A stretch of 64,000 nt of DNA from Paraspadella gotoi. Taxonomy: Eukaryota > Animalia > Chaetognatha. Made by a program: the position numbers and the translations under genes. The stretch lies in assembly GCA_051294375.1 (NCBI GenBank), contig JBJCIZ010000239.1:2307476-2371475 (forward strand). Reading direction: 5' to 3'. Position 1 is the stretch's first letter. Every line of letters begins with the position of its first letter. The notes under the pieces were generated by a model. The model was not told the DNA's origin, searched no databases, and saw nothing but the letters and a program-made list of their open reading frames with translations. Positions 59,401 through 64,000 of the stretch are shown here, one piece after another.

Positions 59401-62400
59401 AAAAACAACAAAACTTTTTTTAAAGACTGTTTCTCAAGGATGTATTTTAAACCCTTTTTTATTTTTATTTTTTTTAGTAAAATATAGCTATTTATTTCAA
59501 TTCTTCTTTCGCTTCAAATTAAGACAAAAAAAAAAGAAATAAAAAAAATCAATTATAACTATTTTAAGCTACCTATGTAGTTTCTTTTTTTCTCTCTCTC
59601 TCCGTAAGAGAGCGTGGAAAGACACTCCGCGCGAAACTGCCATCGTGGTGGACTCGCTCGTCAAACGATACGGTTCCTTCGTTGCCGTCGCCGGCAGCTC
59701 CTTCGCCGTGGAGCAGGTCAGGAGAGATAAAAGGCGACCTTTAGGGTTTTAAACTAAGGGCTATGGGGCATTGGGCTACTTAACATTTTGACAATCTTTT
59801 CAGAGAGTGCCCTCTTTCTGTTCGTTTTTTCCCAAAATTGAATTTTAATATTTAACCTATATATGTGTTAGGGGGCAAACCTTGCGGACCTTGTTTTTAA
59901 ACTTATGAACCAATCCTTATCTCTGATCCCTAACCTTAATGTAATCATGAACCCTAAACCTAAATACTATCCCTAATTTCTAACGCTTACCTTTAACCCT
60001 AACCTTTAACCCTAACCTTCAGCCCTCACCTAAATCCTTAACCTTAATCTCTAGAGTCTAACAAAGTATCTAACCTTAATCACTAACTTAATCCTTAACC
60101 CTGACCTTTAACCTAATCTTTAACTTAAAAAAATTAACCTAAATCCGAATTTAAGATAAAATGGGGCGTTCTGGGAAAATAAAGCCAACATTTTCACAAA
60201 CAGGGCGAGCTCTTCTTCCCTAACCTTAACCTCTAGAGTCTAACAAAGTATCTAATCTTAATCACTAACTTAATCCTTAACCCTGACCTTTAACCTAATC
60301 TTTAACTTAAAAAAATTAACCTAAATCCGTATTTAAGATAAAATGGGGCGTTCTGGGAAAATAAAGCCAACATTTTCGCAAACAGGGCGAGCTCTTCGGA
60401 CTCCTCGGCGTCAACGGCGCCGGGAAATCAACGACCTTCAAAATGTTGTCAGGAGACGTGAAAATGACGGAAGGGAACATTTGGTTGACGACCAAATACA
60501 ACATGAGGAAGAACCTGCCCGAAATACAACAGCGGTTGGGCTATTGTCCGCAATATGACGCAATTATTGGCGAAATGACCGGTGGGATTCCAGGACTTTG
60601 TAAATATTTTACCCGAGTACTCGCGGAGCAACTCTATAAGTACATTCGATCGGTCGTTTCTGTCGGTCTTGTCCACTTACATTAAAGAATGCATATTAAA
60701 TTTTTGGCCTATGGTTGGTTGCTTGGTGGTTGCTGGTTAGTTGGTTGCTATTATTACAAACAGAAAAAAAACCTCAAAGTCTAAGGACGCTAGCGCCCGC
60801 CTTCAGGAATCCTAAAACTATAGGAATAAAAGACGCGAAATTTATGCAGATGAATGTCATAATACACGAGCAAAGAGTTTTTTATTATTCATGTTATGTC
60901 ATATCATGTTATCAAAGGGAAATACACGTGAAAATAAAGTACTGCGGCGCAACACGTTGGAATTACCGTTTTTGTTATTTGATGTACTTTTTCCTCAAGG
61001 CCGCGAAATGCCTGGATGTTTTCGTATCTTCGCGGGATCAAGAGGAAACAGATTCCTCATATGATACAAGGAATCGCCGACGCGCTGTGCTCTTGACTGG
61101 TGATGAGTTCTGTTGACTGCTGCAGTCTGTTGCTGACACTAACTGTTGTTGTCTTGGCTGTTTTTACTTCCAAATGATTGTTGTGTTGTACATAATGTAC
61201 ATGCTAAGCTGTCTATTAAGCCGGAACAGGTTGAAAACTAAAAGTTCTCTCAAATAAATAATGGTTAAGTGTCTGTTAGAGAATATGAAAATGAAAATAA
61301 TTTTTAAAATTTAGCTTATTGGTAAGCGCACGGAAGCATTTAAAGATTATTTTTTTGTTATATAAAGTTTAAAATTTTTTTTAATTTTTCAATTTTTTTA
61401 AATAGATTCTGATAGATAGTGATAGAGCTTTAAAAGTTAGATAAAGATTATTAATACAACTTTTAAAATTTTTTTGGTTTTATTAATAAAAATTTTAAAA
61501 AACTATATAATTCAGCCAGTGATGATGATGATGTTTTTTCTATTTTGGACCAATTTATTGTCAAAATTTGAAAAAATTGTAGTACTAACTTTCAGTTAAC
61601 TTTTCAAGCTCTATAGGAATCAGTTCTTAAAAATTTTTTTTTTTAAATTTATTTGTTGTTATATATTAATAAATATCTAAAAACCCAATGAACTAATTCA
61701 AAAAGTTGCATTGAAAATCGATGTAGTAATAGAAGGAAGAAAGAATTTTTTTTTTGAGAGAACTAGATGTTATAAAAAGTGTTCAAAACAAGAGGTTTTT
61801 TAACATATTCTTATATCGGCCAATGTAGAATAATGGAAATATTGCTATTGTTAAGTTTTAAAAAAATCCGACAATAAATATAAAAAATATTAAAATCTTC
61901 AGAAAATCAACCCCTTCTTTGAAAAATTTTTTCCAAAGAAGATTTTCCCCGAATCTGACTCCCGGTTGAAAATTCTTAGAATAAGATCGTTATTTTTACT
62001 TTAAATAAAAATTTTACCAAAATGGAATAATTCACTTGACCATGATCGTATCATATTAAAATAACCAAATAAAATGTAAAGAACAATTTTGAGAGCTTTT
62101 CAGACATATAGCTATCAGATTCCTGAATTCTAAGTTTATTGTAAAATCACAACATACTTTAAATGCGTTTATATTGTATTGAAGTTTACGTCTATTTATG
62201 AGCGGAATTTTTCCCAGGGGCGTTTACATTGTTTGGTAGTCAGATTTTAACGAAAATCTCCATTGAAAAAATCTTCCTCGATTTCTAAGAACGACGTCGG
62301 TTCCTATGTCTATTCATTCCGTCTTTTGTTTTTTTTTCTTCTGTCAAGATCATCTCGATCGTCAGTGCGGATCGTACAGCGGCGGCAATAAGCGGAAACT

Positions 62401-63650
62401 TAGCGTCGCCATTGCTCTCATTGGATTGCCATCTGTCGTCTTGCTCGATGAACCATCTACCGGTCGGTGAAAGGGATTGCCAATTGAAAAAAATTCGGGA
62501 GATAAATTTTTTGTTAATCTTTAGTGTTAGTTTTCTCCCGTCTTCTCTACATATTTTTGTTCGTTTCTATTTCTGCCATTTTTTTTTTCTTCTTTTTATT
62601 TTAATTCTTCCTTCCATCCCACCATCTTTTCCACTCGCCCTAACTCCTCGAAAAAAAAAAAAAAGGCGTCGACCCCATTGCCCGTCGCAAGTTATGGGAG
62701 GCGCTGCTCGACTTGCGCGACAACGGGGATCAGCGGATCATCTTGACGTCGCACGTGATGCAGGCGCGGACCGGGCTTATCGTCCACGGGAACGGCCCCC
62801 TTCGAACAACCCCTTTTCTTAACGTTTCGTTTTCCAGGAATGCGAAGTATTGTGCTCTAGATTGTGCATCATGGTGCGAGGAAAGATAAAATGCATCGGA
62901 TCACCTCAGCATTTAAAGTCGAAATTCGCTCAAGGTGGTGTTCTTCTTTGTCTTTTGTCGCCTCTCGTATTTATTCATGATTAGGAGAAAAAATATACTT
63001 TATATACTTAATCAAAAATATAGAAGCATATACTTTATATATATACTTTATCAAAATATACTTTGTATTGTGCGTATTATACTTTGTATTTGTGGCGAGT
63101 CCGCGGCGGGATCTTGCCTTAAAAGAGCTCCACAACTCTTCATGTTATTGATTCTCCAGTAAATTGAATCGACCCTTTCTTCAGGCTTCACAGTCGTGGT
63201 GGAGTTTCCCGACTCGTCCGTCGCCGATGCCAAGTGCGAGGCCTTCCTCGCCAAGATGCTTTCCGTCTTTCCGGACGCGAGGTTAAAGGAGAAGAATCAT
63301 CTCGGAACGACTTACTCGTATGTGGTGAGTTATCGAACTAGAGTCGTCTGAATACGACCATACAAGTTACAATAGTTCGAGCGAAGTTGATCATTAGCCT
63401 TGCCGCTAGAACGACAACCGAAGGAACCACTAAAGCCCAAACAAAAGCTGAAACATTGGCTGCGCCGGCTGCCCCTTTTTTTCATTTATAGATCCCTACC
63501 ATACCCGGCCGCACTTGGGGCAAAGTCTTCGAGTTTTTCGAGTCCACGAAGACCGAGTTCGAGTTGACGGACTACTCGGTGACGCAGACCACGCTGGAGG
63601 AGGTCTTCATGCATCTCACCCTCAAGGCGGGAACGCTTGACGACGACTGA
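36884..63650 (+). CDS. ABCA: ABC transporter subfamily A (ABCA3-like), full transporter, ~46 exons
   Basis: N-terminal [27 protein letters not shown]; NBD1 [29 protein letters not shown]; NBD2 [28 protein letters not shown]; C-terminal [13 protein letters not shown]. Confidence 0.95.
37327..37490 (+). CDS. ABCA: ABCA exon with N-terminal intracellular helix and start of TM1
   Basis: [29 protein letters not shown]; GTGAG donor. Confidence 0.85.
37654..37872 (-). repeat. Family A copy
   Basis: TCATTGATAGGGAAGCCAGGTACTCTGGG...ACCAATCTCATAA. Confidence 0.8.
37906..38117 (+). CDS. ABCA: ABCA exon (TM1 end, ECD1)
   Basis: [25 protein letters not shown]...; phases fit. Confidence 0.85.
38443..38688 (+). 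mobile_element. tRNA-derived SINE (family B) with (TAA)n tail
   Basis: GCGGCCA...TGGTCGC acceptor-like stem, A-box and B-box (GGTTCTTGCC), tRNA-Gly-like TTCGCCTCCCA; 3 copies. Confidence 0.7.
38705..38908 (+). CDS. ABCA: ABCA exon (ECD1)
   Basis: [19 protein letters not shown]...[10 protein letters not shown]; TTTCAG acceptor. Confidence 0.85.
39425..39599 (+). CDS. ABCA: ABCA exon (ECD1); 3' end may instead be 39581 with a GC donor
   Basis: [21 protein letters not shown]. Confidence 0.8.
40191..40303 (+). CDS. ABCA: ABCA exon (ECD1)
   Basis: [32 protein letters not shown]; GTGAGT donor. Confidence 0.88.
40338..40903. mobile_element. Family E copy with nested family C insertion
   Basis: GGCCTTATTTTCCCAGAGCGTCC...TTAGGG-like...GAAATGGGGCGCTTTTG. 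Confidence 0.6.
40505..40714 (+). mobile_element. Family C copy, internally deleted, nested in a family E MITE
   Basis: ATGTGTTGCATCGCAG...CAAATGAGCAACCAACTATA...CGCAGCGCAACTAAA. Confidence 0.65.
41059..41259 (+). CDS. ABCA: ABCA exon
   Basis: [10 protein letters not shown]...QKMAYPPY, conserved ABCA motifs. Confidence 0.9.
41537..41786 (+). CDS. ABCA: ABCA exon (TMD1)
   Basis: [28 protein letters not shown] plus TM helices. Confidence 0.93.
41874..42182. repeat. ~150 bp tandem duplication in ABCA intron
   Basis: AAACAAAGATTGATGAGCAG...TTTTAAATACGGTAATTATAGTAAT...CGTATTGAC occurs twice. Confidence 0.85.
42396..42612 (+). CDS. ABCA: ABCA exon (TMD1)
   Basis: [13 protein letters not shown]...[12 protein letters not shown]. 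Confidence 0.9.
43019..43223 (+). CDS. ABCA: ABCA exon (TM6)
   Basis: [34 protein letters not shown]. Confidence 0.93.
43298..43500 (+). mobile_element. Family C partial copy
   Basis: GTATTTCTCGTGACATGACA...GACGGACCGACAGAAAATTGACTTATAG. Confidence 0.65.
43657..43742 (+). CDS. ABCA: ABCA exon (start of NBD1)
   Basis: [21 protein letters not shown]. Confidence 0.88.
43819..43930 (+). CDS. ABCA: ABCA NBD1 exon, first part of Walker A
   Basis: [22 protein letters not shown]. Confidence 0.95.
43981..44281. mobile_element. Inverted pair of ~77 bp Penelope-like terminal fragments flanking a (GA)n tract
   Basis: 43982-44058 is the near-exact reverse complement of 44205-44281. Confidence 0.7.
44028..44069 (-). 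ncRNA. Minimal type I hammerhead ribozyme motif (Penelope-like-element type)
   Basis: Minus strand reads AACG-CTGATGA-AGGCTTgtagttAAGCC-GAAAC-AT-GTC-CGTT: complete core, stem II, 4-bp stem I and palindromic CAUG loop III. Confidence 0.75.
44681..44734 (+). CDS. ABCA: ABCA NBD1 exon, end of Walker A
   Basis: [18 protein letters not shown]. Confidence 0.95.
44818..44938 (+). CDS. ABCA: ABCA NBD1 exon (Q-loop)
   Basis: GNVWVNG...[20 protein letters not shown]. Confidence 0.95.
45193..45350 (+). CDS. ABCA: ABCA NBD1 exon (signature)
   Basis: FFGTLQG...[18 protein letters not shown]; GAG acceptor. Confidence 0.93.
45421..45757 (-). mobile_element. Family C copy
   Basis: TTTTTAGTTGCGCCGCGAG...ACTGCGGCGCAACACATT. 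Confidence 0.7.
45786..45859 (+). CDS. ABCA: ABCA NBD1 exon (Walker B, D-loop)
   Basis: [25 protein letters not shown]. Confidence 0.95.
46014..46191 (+). CDS. ABCA: ABCA NBD1 exon (H-loop)
   Basis: [23 protein letters not shown]...[20 protein letters not shown]. Confidence 0.96.
46388..46740 (+). mobile_element. Family C copy
   Basis: ATGTGTTGCGCCGCAGTGAC...CCGCGAGTACTCGCGG...AAAAA. Confidence 0.72.
46757..46885 (+). CDS. ABCA: ABCA regulatory domain 1 exon
   Basis: [23 protein letters not shown]. Confidence 0.9.
47007..47146 (+). CDS. ABCA: ABCA regulatory domain 1 exon
   Basis: [30 protein letters not shown]. Confidence 0.92.
47291..47685 (+). CDS. ABCA: ABCA long linker exon (Asn/Ser-rich)
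   Basis: Strong poly-T acceptor, long open frame; 3' boundary inferred from phase. Confidence 0.75.
47740..48113 (-). repeat. Family A copies (fragment plus near full copy)
   Basis: TTTATTGAATGAATGGATAATTTTTATATTGGTTGTGCCAATTTCATA present twice, plus the core. Confidence 0.8.
48198..48312 (+). CDS. ABCA: ABCA linker exon
   Basis: [25 protein letters not shown]...; GTATGT donor; 5' boundary inferred. Confidence 0.65.
48395..48468 (+). CDS. ABCA: ABCA exon (start of second half)
   Basis: [13 protein letters not shown] matches the conserved QxxAmfxKR motif. Confidence 0.88.
48577..48726 (+). CDS. ABCA: ABCA exon (TM7)
   Basis: [25 protein letters not shown]...KPLTMEI. Confidence 0.88.
48803..48960 (+). 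CDS. ABCA: ABCA exon (ECD2)
   Basis: Open frame [18 protein letters not shown]...; CAG acceptor, GTGAG donor, phases fit. Confidence 0.7.
49283..49419 (+). CDS. ABCA: ABCA exon (ECD2)
   Basis: [30 protein letters not shown]. Confidence 0.7.
49446..49669 (+). mobile_element. Family B SINE copy
   Basis: ATGGTGGACTAAAATCCAC...CCTGATCCGAAGCTCAGGGACTGCTTATATTGAACGG. Confidence 0.7.
49839..50073 (+). CDS. ABCA: Two probable small ABCA ECD2 exons (about 49839-49929 and 49995/50002-50073); frames unresolved
   Basis: Coding-like composition bounded by CAG acceptors and GT donors; phases could not be fixed unambiguously. Confidence 0.45.
50602..50866 (-). mobile_element. Family C copy
   Basis: TTTTTAGTTGCGCTGCGAGTAC...CACTGCGGCGCAACACATTTGAATT. 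Confidence 0.7.
51029..51097 (+). CDS. ABCA: Possible ABCA ECD2 exon [23 protein letters not shown]
   Basis: TTCAG acceptor, GTAGG donor, phase 0/0, open frame. Confidence 0.4.
51101..51690 (+). mobile_element. AT-rich element (family D) with internal palindrome, copy 1
   Basis: GCCGGAACAGGTTGAAAACT...AAGCGCACGGAAGCATTTAAAG...AAAAGTTGCATTGAAAATCGAT shared with 61220-61787. Confidence 0.75.
51905..51955 (+). ncRNA. Degenerate hammerhead-like motif, different family
   Basis: CTGATGA-tGAGTTAAaaaTTAAGTC-GAAA-TATTA; one stem II mismatch, weak stem I. Confidence 0.35.
52107..52231 (+). CDS. ABCA: ABCA exon (ECD2 end), with an apparent 1-nt frameshift near 52170
   Basis: [14 protein letters not shown] then [11 protein letters not shown] in a shifted frame; matches the conserved TAwFNn..yH..P.sL.l..NA motif. 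Confidence 0.85.
52580..52753 (+). CDS. ABCA: ABCA exon (TM8)
   Basis: IVNHPLPKT...[13 protein letters not shown]. Confidence 0.93.
53628..53773 (+). CDS. ABCA: ABCA exon (TM9)
   Basis: [22 protein letters not shown]. Confidence 0.93.
53862..53961 (+). CDS. ABCA: ABCA exon (TM10)
   Basis: [17 protein letters not shown]. Confidence 0.92.
54018..54251 (-). mobile_element. Family B SINE copy
   Basis: Reverse complement of 49446-49669. Confidence 0.7.
54441..54641 (+). CDS. ABCA: ABCA exon (TM11)
   Basis: [22 protein letters not shown]...FFSVFLSP. Confidence 0.85.
55015..55250 (+). mobile_element. Probable second tRNA-derived SINE
   Basis: A-box TGGCTGAGCGAG, B-box GGTTCGATCCC, AT-rich (AAT)n tail. 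Confidence 0.5.
55272..55357 (+). CDS. ABCA: ABCA exon
   Basis: [28 protein letters not shown]; TTGCAG acceptor; phases fit. Confidence 0.7.
55810..56016 (+). repeat. Family A copy (co-duplicated at 57251-57385)
   Basis: TGTACTCCGCCCAGCATCAAAATACAAGGAGCTGAATTTTATGAAATTGG...CAGGTCCCTGAAAGCTTTCAATC. Confidence 0.8.
56048..56208 (+). CDS. ABCA: ABCA exon, copy 1 of duplicated 161-nt exon
   Basis: [53 protein letters not shown]. Confidence 0.75.
57412..57572 (+). CDS. ABCA: ABCA exon, copy 2 of duplicated 161-nt exon
   Basis: Same as 56048-56208 except TIDD to TIDE. Confidence 0.65.
57671..57920 (-). mobile_element. Family C copy spanning an N-gap in its palindrome
   Basis: TTTTTAGTTGGGCCGCGAGTACT-N-CGCGGAGCAACT...GCGGCGCAACAC. 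Confidence 0.65.
57940..58166 (+). CDS. ABCA: ABCA exon (to start of TM12)
   Basis: ...FFCCSDN...[18 protein letters not shown]. Confidence 0.88.
58647..58850 (+). CDS. ABCA: ABCA exon (TM12 end, acidic EDADVVAER)
   Basis: [10 protein letters not shown]...[13 protein letters not shown]; donor either GC at 58851 or GT at 58839. Confidence 0.88.
59166..59270 (+). CDS. ABCA: ABCA exon (insertion before NBD2)
   Basis: [35 protein letters not shown]; phase 0/0. Confidence 0.7.
59609..59716 (+). CDS. ABCA: ABCA NBD2 start exon
   Basis: [26 protein letters not shown]. Confidence 0.92.
59795..60370. mobile_element. Family E copy with tandemly duplicated end
   Basis: Degenerate TAACCC array; AAAATGGGGCGTTCTGGGAAAATAAAGCC present twice. 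Confidence 0.6.
60386..60581 (+). CDS. ABCA: ABCA NBD2 exon (Walker A, Q-loop)
   Basis: [24 protein letters not shown]...[15 protein letters not shown]. Confidence 0.96.
60612..60966 (-). mobile_element. Family C copy
   Basis: CGAGTACTCGCGGAGCAACTCTATAAG...ACTGCGGCGCAACACGTTGGAATT. Confidence 0.7.
61000..61099 (+). CDS. ABCA: ABCA NBD2 exon with two apparent frameshifts
   Basis: GREM, then [24 protein letters not shown], then LLT, each in a different frame. Confidence 0.8.
61220..61787 (+). mobile_element. Family D copy 2
   Basis: Colinear with 51101-51690. Confidence 0.75.
62349..62462 (+). CDS. ABCA: ABCA NBD2 exon (signature, Walker B)
   Basis: [32 protein letters not shown]. Confidence 0.96.
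62666..62763 (+). CDS. ABCA: ABCA NBD2 exon (D-loop to H-loop)
   Basis: [15 protein letters not shown]...IILTSHVMQ. Confidence 0.93.
62838..62934 (+). CDS. ABCA: ABCA NBD2 exon
   Basis: [32 protein letters not shown]. Confidence 0.96.
63185..63324 (+). CDS. ABCA: ABCA regulatory domain 2 exon
   Basis: GFTVVVEF...[20 protein letters not shown]. Confidence 0.92.
63492..63650 (+). CDS. ABCA: ABCA terminal exon
   Basis: WGKVFEFFE...[16 protein letters not shown]...-TGA. Confidence 0.95.
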   Translation: MPTIPGRTWGKVFEFFESTKTEFELTDYSVTQTTLEEVFMHLTLKAGTLDDD

Positions 63651-64000
63651 AGATTTATTGTTTAGAAATATTATAATTGAGTGACTTAATAAATTAACTG
63701 GCTTATCGTGACGCTTAATTACCACTTTTGTCTTGGAAGGTTGTTTAGAGTTAGGGATATTTATTATTTAGTATTTGACAGCTGAGAAGTTATAGATTTA
63801 AAGTTAGAATTGTAATGTTCCTGCGGCCCGTATAATAAACTATTCGAGTATGACCAAGGGACTAGTCATTTTTAAAACCATTTTCATATTTATCCCAAAT
63901 TTTGACTTAAATTAAAATGAAATTAATAAGTTGATGCTTAATTTTAATTTTATCACAGCCATACCGTGGGGAAAAAAGCCTGCAATGAAAGGATCGAGAT

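Overview
This is eukaryotic (animal) genomic DNA from a draft assembly with five N-gaps, AT-rich introns and abundant (GA)n/(CT)n microsatellites. It holds two intron-containing genes on the + strand. (1) An Emx/empty spiracles homeobox gene whose 5' end lies before the window (exons <1-111, 559-646, 941-1128, 2806-2972, 34556-34637, 35115-35584). Its homeobox is split by a ~31.6 kb intron full of GC-rich islands and GA tracts. (2) A full-length ABCA-subfamily (ABCA3-like) transporter of ~46 exons (36884-63650) with two NBDs, one duplicated exon and a few apparent frameshifts. Introns carry several recurrent repeat families: a Helentron/HINE-like element, tRNA-derived SINEs, a MITE with telomere-like interior, a ~250 bp dispersed repeat, and Penelope-type minimal hammerhead ribozyme motifs. 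The most unusual signals are 3' splice sites with poly(A) in place of the polypyrimidine tract, highly degenerate and GC donors, the hammerhead motifs, and candidate cassette or recursive splice sites in the Emx intron. All exon structures were read by eye from splice phase and protein motifs; no database searches were run and the species was not identified.
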